Shown: positions 26,512 through 37,615 of the stretch, piece after piece
Numbering within the stretch: the first letter of the stretch is position 1
Layout: each line of letters opens with the position of its first letter
Assembly: GCF_964213995.1 (NCBI RefSeq)
Contig: NW_027590138.1
Coordinates: 1-64,000 of the forward strand
DNA length: 64,000 nucleotides
Reading direction: 5' to 3'
Origin: Mustelus asterias
Taxonomy: Eukaryota
Notes under the pieces: model-generated
The model's database searches: none
Told to the model about the DNA's origin: nothing
What the model saw: only the letters and a program-made list of their open reading frames with translations
Position numbers and translations under genes: made by a program

Positions 26512-27225
26512 ACAATGAATGGTAAGGCCCTGGGGAGTGTTGAGGAACAGAGGAACCCAGGAGAAGTACATAGTTTGTTGAAAGTGGCGGCACAGGTCGA
26601 CAGAGTGGTGAAGAAGGCATCAGTCAGGGCACTGAGTATAGGAGTTGGGACATTATGTTACAGTTGTATAAGTCATTGGTGAGGCTGCACTTGGAGTATT
26701 GTGTACAGTTTTTGTCACCCTGTGATAGGAAAGACATTGATAAACTGGAAAGAGTGCAAAGAAGATTTATGAGGATGTTGCCGGGCCTAGTGGGTCTGAG
26801 TGATCGCGAGAGGTTGGACAGGCGAGGGTTGTATTCCTTCGAATGTAGGAGAATGTGGGGTGACTATGTTGAGGTGTATTAAATCATGGGGGGCATAGAT
26901 AGGATGAACCCACATTGTCCTTTTGCCAGGGTATGGGAATTGAAAACTAGAGGGCATAGGTTTAAGGTGAGAGGCGAAAGATTAAAAGGGACCTGAGGGG
27001 CAACTTCTTCATGCAGAGGGTGGTGTGTACATGGAATGAGCTGCCAGAGAAAGTGGTTGAGACAGGTTTAAACATTTAAAAAGCATAAGTACATGAATTG
27101 GAAAGGATGAGAGGGATATGAGCCAAACATGGGCAATTGGGACTAGCTGGGAGGGCACCATGGTTGGCATGGATCAGTTGGGCCCAAGGGCCTGTTTCCG
27201 TGCTGTATTGCTCTATGACTCTATG
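26512..27225 (+). mobile_element. CR1 3' portion
   Basis: LQLYKSLVRLHLEYCVQF peptide; tail GGGCCTGTTTCCGTGCTGTATTGCTCTATGACTCTATG. Confidence 0.85.
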
Positions 27226-27587
27226 TGCTGGCTGCGTCAGCATCTATTCCCATAACTCATTGCCCTTGAACTGAGTGGCTTGCATTGCTGGGGGATGTGG
27301 TAATTTCCTTCTTTAAAGGACATTATTAAATTGGATAGATTTTTACAACACTTGTCATCAATGGACTTCTAATTCTAGATTTTTACTGAATTCAAATTTC
27401 AACATCTGCCACTGTGGGATTCGAACCCAGGGTTCACAGTGCATTGCCCTGGATCCCTGTATTACTAATACAATGACACTATCACTGCACCATTGCCTGC
27501 CCATCCATGGTAAAGGAGTTATAATAGCCCGAGATCTATGGAATCAGAGCATGCTCTAAATTTAAATTAATGCTCACTAACACTCAC

Positions 27588-27699
27588 CTCAAAACAATTT
27601 CACTGTTTTCAACATTTTAAACCTGCTGGAGTCTACGTCTGCAAAGATCTCAGAGAGATTGGTGTCCGGGAAAAATGTTGCAATCTTCAAATCTTCTCC
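27588..27699 (-). other. Putative non-coding internal exon built from the ZNF acceptor module
   Basis: Acceptor CATTTACAG at 27700 and donor GAG|GTGAGT at 27587; 27780-27870 is homologous to ZNF acceptor regions at 14660-14740 and 17240-17310. Confidence 0.4.
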
Positions 27700-28319
27700 C
27701 TGTAAATGAGGAAAGTTATAGGTGTAATTCAAGGTTAGAAATTCAGGACAGACAAACATTTCTTTTGGTCTGAGTTTGCTGTGTGTAAATCTTTCCCTTC
27801 TAATCCCCTGTAAAAGGAGTTTCCAAAATCCATCAGCATCTGTCCAGAACAGAAATTCAAAACATTCTCTCCTGTTACCTGCACAGAATTACTTTAGTGG
27901 GACAAAATTGCAGTGGAAGCAGTTCAGAGAAGATCCAGTTCGTTGATTATAGAACATAGAACATAGAAAGCCACAGCACAAACAGGCCCTTCGGCCCACA
28001 AGTTGCGCTGATCATATCCCTACCTCTAGGCCTATCTATAGCCCTCAATCCCATTAAATCCCATGGACTCATCCAGAAGTCTCTTAAAAGACCCCAACGA
28101 GTTTGCCTCCACCACCACCGACGTCAGCCGATTCCACTCACCCACCACCCTCTGAGTGAAAAACTTACCCCTGACATCTCCTCTGTACCTACCCCCCAGC
28201 ACCTTAAACCTTATTCCTGAAATACGGAGTTTTATCTGTCAGGTTGAGCAGTTGGAGCCTGTACTCTTTGGAGTTCAGAAGACTGAGAAATAATCTTATT
28301 GAAACATCTGGGAATTTAA

Positions 28320-28625
28320 GGGTGGCATGATGCCTCACAGTACCAGGGTCCCAGGTTCAATTCCGGCATTGGGTCACTGTCTGTGTGGAGTTTGCACATT
28401 TTCCCCATGTCTGTGAGAGTTTCCTCAGGTTGCTCCGGTTTCCTCCCACAGTCCAAAGATGTATGGATCAGGTGGGTCGACCATGCTAAATTGACCCGAG
28501 TGTCAGGGGGATTAGCAGAGGAAATGCAGGGGGTAGTGGGGATGGGGCCTGGGTAGTATTGTGGTCGGTACAGACTTGATGGACCAAATGGTCTCCTTCT
28601 GCACTGCAGGGATACTATGATTCAT
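28320..28625 (+). mobile_element. HE1-like V-SINE with CR1-type tail
   Basis: B box GGTTCAATTCC, V domain, tail CCTTCTGCACTGCAGGGATACTATGATT. Confidence 0.85.
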
Positions 28626-28819
28626 ATGATATAAGGTGCTTGACAATGTGGATGCTGAGGATGTTTCCTTTGGTGTGGGAATCAAGTAAAAATAAAGGAT
28701 TTAAGATTAAGATGAAGAGAAATCTATTCTCTCAACGGGCTGTTGATCTTTGGAACTCTGTCTTCACCAGTGAGGATTGGAGGCAGGTCATTGAATATAT
28801 TCAAAGCTGAGGTTCTGAT

Positions 28820-30085
28820 CCACAACTTGTCCATGCTGCCCTTTTTTTTAAACCCTTGAGCTCATCCCAATTGCCCGCATTTGGCCCATATCCCTCTATA
28901 CCCATCATACCCAAGTAACTATCTAAATGCTTTTTAAAAGACAAAATTGTACCCGCCTCTACTACTACCTCTGGCAGCTTGTTCCAAATACTCACCACCC
29001 TATCCAGTTGCAATGGGATCTTGATCAATTGGGCCAGTGGGCTGACGAATGGCAGATGGAGTTTAATTTCGACAAATGCGAGGTGATGCATTTTGGTAGA
29101 TTGAACCAGGGCAGGACTTACTCAGTTAATGGTAGGGCGTTGGGGAGAGTTACAGAACAAAGAGATCGAGGGGTACATGTTCATAGCTCCTTGAAAGTGG
29201 AGTCACAGGTGGACAGAGTGGTGAAGAAGGCATTCGGCATGCTTGGTTTCATCAGTCAGAACATTGAATACAGGAGTTGGAATGTCTTGTTGAAGTTGTA
29301 CCAGACATTGGTAAGGCCACACTTGGAATACTGTGTGCAATTCTGGTCACCCTATTATAGAAAGGATATTATTAAAATAGAAAGAGTGCAGAAAAGATTT
29401 ACGAGGATGCTACCGGAACTTGATGGATTGAGTTACAAGTAGAGGCTGGATAGACTGGGACTTTTTTATCTGGAGTGCAGAAGGCTGAGGGGTGATGTTA
29501 TAGAGGTCTATAAAATAATGAGGGGCATAGATCAGCTCGATAGTCAGTATATTTTCCAAAAGATAGGGGAGTCTAAAACTGGAGGGCATAGGTTTAAGTT
29601 GAGAGGGGAGAGATACAAAAGTGTCCAGAGGGGAAATTTTTCACACAGAGGGTGGTCAGTGTCTGGAACAAGCTGCCAGAGGTAGTAGTAGAGGCGGGTA
29701 CAATTTTGTCCTTTAAAAAGCATTTAGATAGTTACATGGGTACGATGTGTATAGAGGGATATGGGCCAAATGCAGGCAATTGGGTTTAGTTTAGGGGTTT
29801 TAAAAAAAAGGGCGGCATGAACAAGTTGGGCCGAAGGGCCTGTTTCCATGCTGTAAACCTCTCTGACTCTATGACCCTCTGTGTGAACAATTTGCCCCTC
29901 TGGACACTTTTGTTTCTCTCCCCTCTCACCTTAAACCTATGCCCGCTAGTTTTAGACTCCCCTACCTTTGGGAAAAGATATTGACTATCTAGCTGATCTG
30001 TGTCCCTCATTATTTTATAGCCCTCTATAAGATCACCCCTCCGTCTCCTGTGCTCCAGAGAAAAAAGCCCCAGTCTATCCAGGCT
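28820..30085. mobile_element. CR1 3' ends in inverted arrangement (minus 28820-29000, plus 29003-29872, minus 29873-30085)
   Basis: ORF 28927-29442 has WQMEFNFDKCEVMHFG and RPHLEYCVQFWSP; the flanking pieces are reverse complements of its 3' end. Confidence 0.85.
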
Positions 30086-30189
30086 CTCCAAAGTAGACAT
30101 GATCTTATTGAATGATGCAGCAGGCTCGATGGGCCGGATGACGGGCTCCTGTTCTGAATTCTTATGTTCTTATTCCGATGTTCTTGGAT

Positions 30190-30345
30190 AGTTGCGCATG
30201 CGCCCTGCAACCTGTTGTCCCTCTGAAGATAGTGGTTCTGAACCGAGCCCCCTGAAGCCACGCCCATTATGACCAGCCCGAGAGCATGCGCTCTCCTTCC
30301 CCGCTGAAACAGGATGGCAGCCGAAAACCAGGGCCTGTTCCCGGG
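30190..30345. promoter_or_regulatory. NRF1-containing CpG segment related to the ZNF promoter/5' leader module
   Basis: TGCGCATGCGC at ~30193, GAGCATGCGC at ~30282; GGGCCTGTTCCCGGGA shared with ~17982. Confidence 0.5.
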
Positions 30346-30351
30346 AAAAAA

Positions 30352-30673
30352 TGACATGGAGATGCTGGCGTTGGACTGGAGTAAACACAGTAAGAAGTCT
30401 CACAACACCAGGTTAAAGTCCAACAGGTTTATTTGGTAGCACAAGCCACTAGTTTTCAGAGCGCTGCTCCTTCATCAGGTAAGTGGGAGTTCTGTTTACA
30501 AACAGAGCATATGAAGACACAAACTCATTTTGTGTCTTCATATTTTGTGTCTTTATATGCCCTGTGTGTGAACAGAGCTCCCACTTACCTGATGAAGAAG
30601 CAGCGCTCCGAAAGCTAGTGGCTTGTGCTACCAAATAAACCTGTTGTACTTTAACCTGGTGTTGTGAGACTTC
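30352..30673. mobile_element. Palindromic Penelope-type family A element with two opposed hammerhead motifs
   Basis: Arms ~30392-30525 and ~30545-30673 are reverse complements; TSD-like TTCCCGGGA(A/T)AAAA at 30338-30351 and 30674-30687. Confidence 0.85.
30585..30621 (+). ncRNA. Minimal type I hammerhead ribozyme motif
   Basis: UUAC-CUGAUGA-AGAAGC-AGC-GCUCC-GAAA-GCUA-GUGG; the opposite-strand copy is at 30446-30482. Confidence 0.7.
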
Positions 30674-30774
30674 TTCCCGGGATAAAAGCCCGGGAGCTTT
30701 AAACCCGGGACCCACATGTTCTTATTCGGGCCTTGCGGCCTCCAGCGGGTGTTTGTGAAGCTTCCGCTCTCTCC

Positions 30775-32805
30775 CCACCCCGTCTCCATTCCTCCCTCGC
30801 CATCCCGGCTCCATTCCTCCCTCCCCACCCCGACTCCCGGCTCCATTCCTCCCTCCCCACCCCGACTCCCGGCTCCATTCCTCCCTCCCCACCCCGACTC
30901 CCGGCTCCATTCCTCCCTCCCCACCCCGACTCCATTCCTCCCTCCCCACCCCGACTCCCGGCTCCATTCCTCCCTCCCCATCCCGACTCCCGGCTCCATT
31001 CCTCCCTCCCCACCCCGACTCCCGGCTGCATTCCTCCCTCCCCACCCCGACTCCCGGCTGCATTCCTCCCCCCCCCATCCCGACTCCATTCCTCCCTCCC
31101 CATCCCGACTCTCGGCTCCATTCCTCCCCCCCCATCCCGACTCCATTCCTCCCTCCCCACCCCGACTCCCGGCTGCATTCCTCCCTCCCCACCCCGACTC
31201 CCGGCTGCATTCCTCCCCCCCCATCCCGACTCCATTCCTCCCTCCCCATCCCGACTCTCGGCTCCATTCCTCCCCCCCCATCCCGACTCCATTCCTCCCT
31301 CCCCACCCCGACTCCCGGCTGCATTCCTCCCTCCCCACCCTGACTCCCGGCTGCATTCCTCCCCCCCCATCCCGACTCCATTCCTCCCTCCCCATCCCGA
31401 CTCTCGGCTCCATTCCTCCCCCCCCATCCCGGCTCCATTCCTCCCTCCCCACCCCGACTCCCGGCTGCATTCCTCCCTCCCCACCCCGACTCCCGGCTGC
31501 ATTCCTCCCCGCCCATCCCGACTCCATTCCTCCCTCCCCATCCCGACTCTCGGCTCCATTCCTCCCGCCCCATCCCGGCTCCATTCCTCCCTCGCCACCA
31601 CGACTCCCGGCTCCATTCCTCCCTCCCCACCCCGACTCCCGGCTCCATTCCTCCCTCCCCACCCCGACTCCCGGCTCCATTCCTCCCTCCCCACCCCGAC
31701 TCCCGGCTCCATTCCTCCCTCCCCACCCCGACTCCCGGCTCCATTCCTCCCTCCCCACCCCGACTCCCGGCTGCATTCCTCCCTCCCCACCCCGACTCCC
31801 GGCTGCATTCCTCCCATCCCGACTCCATTCCTCCCTCCCCACCCCGACTCCCGGCTCCATTCCTCCCTCCCCATCCCGACTCTCGGCTCCATTCCTCCCC
31901 CCCCATCCCGACTCCATTCCTCCCTCCCCACCCCAACTCCCGGCTGCATTCCTCCCTCCCCACCCCGACTCCCGGCTGCATTCCTCCCCCCCCATCCCGA
32001 CTCCATTCCTCCCTCCCCATCCCGACTCTCGGCTCCATTCCTCCCCCCCCCCATCCCGGCTCCATTCCTCCCTCCCCACCCCGACTCCCGGCTGCATTCC
32101 TCCCTCCCCACCCCGACTCCCGGCTGCATTCCTCCCCCCCCAATCCCGACTCCATTCCTCCCTCCCCATCCCGACTCTCGGCTCCATTCCTCCCCCCCCA
32201 TCCCGACTCCATTCCTCCCTCCCCACCCCGACTCCCGGCTGCATTCCTCCCTCCCCACCCCGACTCCCGGCTGCATTCCTCCCCCCCCAATCCCGACTCC
32301 ATTCCTCCCTCCCCATCCCGACTCTCGGCTCCATTCCTCCCCCCCCATCCCGACTCCATTCCTCCCTCCCCACCCCGACTCCCGGCTCCATTCCTCCCTC
32401 CCCACCCCGACTCTCGGCTCCATTCCTCCCTCCCCACCCTGACTCCCGGCTGCATTCCTCCCTCCCCACCCCGACTCCCGGCTGCATTTCTCCCTCCCCA
32501 CCCCGACTCCCGGCTCCATTCCTCCCTCCCCACCCCAACTCCCGGCTCCATTCCTCCCTCCCCACCCCAACTCCCGGCTCCATTCCTCCCTCTCCACCCC
32601 GACTCCGGGCTCCATTCCTCCCTCCCCATCCTGGCTCCCGACTCCATTCCTTCCTCCTCACCCCGACTCCATTCCTCTCTCCCCACCCCGACTCCCAGCT
32701 CCATTCCTCCCTCCCCATCCCGACTCTCGGCTCCTTTCCTCCCTCCCCATCCTGACTCTCGGCTCCTTTCCTCCCTCCCCACCCCGACTCCATTCCTCCC
32801 TCCGC
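30775..32805. repeat. ~2-kb C-rich minisatellite, ~32-bp unit with shorter variants
   Basis: Unit CTCCATTCCTCCCTCCCCACCCCGACTCCCGG with GCTGCATT, CTCTCGG and deleted variants. Confidence 0.97.
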
Positions 32806-32859
32806 CCCGCTGACTCTCACCCGCTGAAAAAAAGTCCCCCGACTCGCAGAGCTCTGAGC

Positions 32860-32975
32860 AAAGTGACACTGCGCATGCTCCAGATACAGCATTGCGCCTG
32901 CGCAATAGGCTCCTGCGGAATGAATGGGACACTTTCACGCCCGCCGGGGCACCTGGGAATTAACGGCGCCATTAT
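32860..32975 (-). promoter_or_regulatory. ZNF-type promoter module facing the minisatellite
   Basis: TGACACTGCGCATGCTCCA identical to ~18149; TGCGCCTGCGCA (NRF1-like); CGCCATT (YY1-like). Confidence 0.55.
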
Positions 32976-33829
32976 CAATCAAAGACATAATAGAAAACTA
33001 TCTTGTGCAATTGAGATTAATTAATTTTTAAAAATACATTCCTCTGAATTTGTGATGTGTACTTATGTACTAAGCAGGTATTAAGGTTCCACTTAAAATT
33101 GAAAGAAAAGGTGCTGGAAAAACGCAGCAGGATTGAGAGGCAAGTTATGAATAGAGTTCAGACTGAAACAACAATTAAAAAAACCCACACGGGGGAGTGC
33201 AGGAACTGAGTTCTGCATCCAACAGACAGCCTGATTTATGCCAGCTCCCAACTGTGTTTCTAAACTCGAACTTATAAAACAATAACACAGAAACAAAACT
33301 CTGTAGAGACTGTTTCTGGGACAAAGAAAATAAATCTTGGAGATATTCATCAGGCCAGGCAGCCTGTGAGAGTCACAAACAGAATTGAGGATTCAGGTTG
33401 CTGACCTGCCCTCAGTCTGCAATTAAACATTTAGAGTCAGTCACTGACTAATGGCGGTCATAATTCCCACAATGCTCTGCGCCTCAGAAACCCCTCCATT
33501 CAAAAGTTGTTCGCCGTAATTCACGTATCATAGAAACCTTACAGTGCAGAAAGAGGCCATTCGATCCATCGAGTCTGTACTGACTCTACGACAGAGCATC
33601 TTTCCCAGGCACACCCCCTATCCCCGTAAACCTACGCATTTACCCTGCTAATCCTCCGACTGACCTTTTTCTTCACCCTGCCTGCAACGGCAACAATATA
33701 TTCTGCACCCGAATCTTTTCCTTCCCCCCTATGTACTCCATCAATTTACGTTTTTTTTCTCTATAGCACGCAAGAAATAATACTTTTCACTGTATCCCAG
33801 AACATGCGACAATAATAAATCAAATTAGA

Positions 33830-34467
33830 CACTACATATCTTGGGACACCAAGGGACAAATTTACCTAACCTGCACATCTTTGGGCTATGAGAAAAAACC
33901 GGAGCACCCAGAGGAAATGCACACAGACAGAGGGATATTGTGCAAACTCCACACATGAGGGGGAGATGCCAGCGCTGAGCTGGGGTGAGCACAGTAAGAA
34001 GCCTCACGACATAAGGTTAAAGAACAACAGGTTTATTTGGAACCACAAGCTTTCAGAGCGCTGATGAAGGAGCAGTGCTCTGAAAGCTCGTGATTCCAAA
34101 TAACCAAAAGAAGAATGCTGGAAAATCTCAGCAGGTTTGGCAACATCTGTAAGGACAGAAAAGAGCTGACATTTCGAGTCCAGATTACTCTTTGTCAAAG
34201 CTTTGACAAAGGGTCATGTGGATTCGAAGCATCAGCTCTTTTCTCTGCTGACAGATCCTGCCATATCTGCTGAGATTTTCCAGCAATTTCTCTTTTGGTC
34301 TCAAATTCCAGCATCCGCAGTAATTTGCTTTGATTCCAAATAAACTTATTGGACTTTAACCTGGTGTTATGAGACTTCTTACTGTGCAAACTCCACAGAG
34401 ACAGTCACCCACCGCTGGAATCGAACCCAGACTCAGTGAGGCAGCAGTGCGAACCGCTGTGCCACAG
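33830..34467 (-). mobile_element. HE1-like SINE interrupted by a palindromic family A element, itself interrupted by a palindromic family B element
   Basis: TSD TGTGCAAACTCCACA at 33939-33953 and 34383-34397; TSD TGATTCCAAATAA at 34091-34103 and 34331-34343. Confidence 0.88.
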
Positions 34468-35257
34468 TGAAGGTAGTTTGCCGCAAATTTCGGGTGACAA
34501 CAATGGGCTGGATGTTGCTCAGAATGTGGAGCACTGCAGCAAAGTACAGACAGACAGAGACAGAGCAGCAGACTGGACTGAGAAATGGAGTCTGCAGACT
34601 GGAACTGGCAGCATGAGGAGAGGTTATTTACTCTAACACTCACAGCAATCTACAACTTTTAACATTTAAGAAAAACTTGGACGGGTTCATGGATGAGAGG
34701 GGTGTGGAGGGATATGGTCCAAGTGCAGGTCAGTGGGACTGGGCAAAAAATGGTTCGGCACAGACAAGAAGGGCCAAAAGGCCTGTTTCTGAGCTGTAAT
34801 TTTCTATGGTTCTAACCCACCCCCATTACCGAGACAGTGAGACAGAGATTATAAACACTCACCAACACAGCTCCACTGAAACGTCCCAGGAAAAAGGGGG
34901 AATCTGTGGCAGTTCCTGTCCTGAAATAGCCCCAGGACTGTCACTCAAACCCCCAACCCGGCCCAGTTCACAGCTCAGCCTCTCAGCTTGCAGCTTCCTG
35001 CACCTCGAGCCAACCCTGTCCAGGTGTGGCAGGTCGGTGGAACCACAGAGTGGGGGGAGGGGTGACCTCCTGCTGTGCCCCAAATAGTTTCTCCTTCCCC
35101 TCCCCCTTGGCGCTCTCAGCTCTCAATGTGGATGTGTTGATGGACTTTGCAGAGCCTCACTGAGCTGCGCCTGTCCCTTATCCGGTGTCACCCCCTTCCC
35201 CCTGGGTTCAGTGCGTTCAGTTCGCTGCTTCTTTCCCTGCTGAACCTTCAGTTAATC

Positions 35258-35415
35258 AAAAACAGAAAGTGCTGGAAAACCTCAGCAGGTCTGATCGCAT
35301 CTGTGATCATCCAGACTGGAAGCATTAACTCTACTCTCTCTCCACAGATGCTGAGATTTCCAGCATTTTCTGTTTCTGTTTCAGATTCCAGCATCCGCAG
35401 TATTTTGCTTTTATC
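35258..35415. mobile_element. Family B-related short element, inverted arms
   Basis: AAAACAGAAAGTGCTGGAAAACCTCAGCAGG...CAGATGCTGAGATTTCCAGCATTTTCTGTTT...CAGCATCCGCAGTATTTTGCTTTTAT. Confidence 0.7.
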
Positions 35416-35951
35416 TTCATTTAAACAAGCATTCTTTGACGGCCTTTACCCTCCGTGCTCCTTTCCAGAGCTTCCCACCTTCTGCTATTGTCCCTGACTC
35501 CCACATTAACTCTGTCATTCCTCCCCTTTACCCCGCTCACCCTGTCTGAAGTCAGGCTCAGAGTTTTCCCGCCATCTCCCCCTCCCCCAGCCTCCACATC
35601 CCAACACCCGGAATCTCTAACCCAGCGGTTCCAGTTTGTCTGGTTTGAGTTCAGATTTGCCGCAGCACCGACAGGATTTCACTTCAAACCAGCCGGAACT
35701 GACTGCTCACAAATCCCTAAATGTTTCTCCAGCAGCCCGGGCTTGTTAACGTTGTTTAAAGTCAGCGCCCAAATGCAGCTACTCTCCTCAGTTTAAAAAG
35801 CTTCTCCGTTTAATCTGAAGTATTATTTGCACCAGACACAAACACAAAATTATGAACGTTACCCGAACCCCCCCCCAGACCCGAGCTGGTGTGTCCTGAG
35901 GAAGAGACATCTGTTCCAGGTGTGACAATTCTTACACATTCTCTGCTTGAC

Positions 35952-36633
35952 ATAAAACGGAAAACGCTGGAAATACTCATGAATGAAAGCAAGTTGTTGC
36001 TTTCGTCAAAAGGGTCACTTGGACTCGAAACCTCAGCTCTTTTTGTCTCCTTACAGATGCTGCCAAACCTGCTGAGATTTTCCAGCGTTTTCTCTTTAGG
36101 CTGGAAATACTCAACAAGTCAGGCAGCCTCTGTGGAGAGAGGAACAGACTGAGTGTGACCTGTCATCGGAACTGGGAAATATAATATTATTTCTCGCAAC
36201 TGAAAGAGACACTTTACAGCCTTCAGAACAAAACTGAGCTCAACAATTTTACACCACAATCTCTGCCCCCATTCTGTTCTGTGTTTCGTTGCTGCTTTTT
36301 TCACCTCATTTCCCTCTTGTTTACTTTACATTCAGACTATTGCTCACCAGCTATTCACACCTCATCCAGAACATCTTTTGTGTCTTTACTTGTCCCATTA
36401 CCACTCGCTTTGGTCTTGGGCCGTGAATCATTTTGTCAGTTTGCGGATCTTACATTTTGTTCTTCTCCACCTCCCTCTCTCAATTCTTCAGAGGTCAGTC
36501 TTTGACAAAGGGTCATCTGGACTCGAAACGTCAGCACTTTTCTCCCCTGACAGATGCTGTCAGACCTGCTGAGATTTTCCAGCATTTACTCTTTTGGTTT
36601 CAGATTCCAGCATTCACTGTAATTTGCTTTTAT
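35952..36633. mobile_element. Cluster of family B elements
   Basis: Copy 35980-36099 is flanked by GCTGGAAATACTCA (35966-35979, 36100-36113); a plus-strand copy ends AATTTGCTTTTAT at 36633. Confidence 0.7.
36497..36536 (+). ncRNA. Hammerhead motif, U3-A8 core variant (best family B copy)
   Basis: CU-UUGACAA-AGGGUC-AUCUG-GACUC-GAAA-CGUC-AG: 5-bp stem II, palindromic ACGU, GUC triplet. Confidence 0.6.
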
Positions 36634-37069
36634 CCTGATTTTCCCTGTGTGGCTCTGGGGAGCGCTTGAGACGTTAGGGACAGAGAGAACGAGATTTTTC
36701 TCTCTCTCTCAGGGGGTCTTTGGTCTGTGGAATTCTCTTCGCCAGAGAGCAGTGTAGACAGAGTCATTGAATATTTTTAAGACTGAATAAATGGATTCCT
36801 GATTGACAAGAGAGTCAGAGGATTTGGGGGTGGGGGGAGGGGAGAGGGGACGGGGGGGGGGGGGGCGGAGACAGAAAAATGGAGTTCTGGCCACAATCAG
36901 ATCAGTCGGGATCTTGTCAAATGCTGCAGCAGAGGGGCCCAATGGTCCACTGCTGCTCCTCATTCATATGGATGTTTGGCTGTATGTTTCACTCTGTTTC
37001 TGCCTTCATAGAAGCTGCTGGGCCTGTTGACTATTTGTGGCATTGACTGTTTTATTTCAGATTTTAAGA

Positions 37070-37300
37070 CTCTGTAACGTATCACTGTGTAATCCAACAA
37101 TTAATCCAGTTCTCCTGGATTTCTACTCTGTAACATATCACTGTGTAATCCAACAATTAATCCAGTTCTCCTGGATTTCTGCTCTGTAACATATCACTGT
37201 GTAATCCAACAATTAATCCAGTTCTCCTGGATTACTGCACTGTGGCATATCACTGTGTAATCTAACAATTAATCCAGTTCCCTGGATTACTGCACTGTGG
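37070..37300. repeat. 56-bp tandem repeat x4 abutting a SINE 5' end
   Basis: ATCACTGTGTAATCCAACAATTAATCCAGTTCTCCTGGATT recurs at a 56-bp period. Confidence 0.9.
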
Positions 37301-37615
37301 CATAGTGGTTAGCACTGCTGCCTCACAGCGCCAGGGACCCGGGTTCGATTCAAGTTTTGGGTCACTGTCTGTGTTGAGTTTGCACATTCTCCCCGTGTCT
37401 GCATGTGTTTCCTCTGGGTGCTCCAGTTTCCTCCCACAGTCCAAAGATGGGCGGGTTATGTGGATTGGCCATACTAAATTGCCCCTTAGTTTCAGGGGGA
37501 ATTAGCTAGGGTAAATGCATGGCATTAAGGGGGTGGGGCCTGGATAGGATTGTGGTCGGTGCAGACTCAATGGGCCGAATGGCCTCCTTCTGCACTGTTG
37601 GATTCTATGATTCTA
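37293..37615 (+). mobile_element. HE1-like V-SINE, full length, CR1-type tail
   Basis: A/B boxes, V domain, GGGCCGAATGGCCTCCTTCTGCACTG...TTCTATGATTCTA. Confidence 0.9.

Noticed and set aside
30775-32805. Minisatellite unit contains CCTCCCTCCCCAC, matching the human hotspot motif CCTCCCTNNCCAC
   Set aside because: That motif is specific to a human PRDM9 allele and PRDM9 fingers evolve rapidly; a match in low-complexity C-rich fish DNA is most likely chance
30628-32938. Five long ORFs (569-754 aa) rich in G/E/R or P/S
   Set aside because: They are translations of a stop-poor minisatellite in several frames on both strands, with no domain signal
34856-35255. GC-rich minus-strand segment ending in a GTGAGT donor
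   Set aside because: The frames I read have stops and no recognisable homology; it cannot be supported as an exon without RNA data
37070-37300. CRISPR-like appearance of the 56-, 28- and 23-bp periodic repeats
   Set aside because: Head-to-tail units without unique spacers, eukaryotic context, no cas genes
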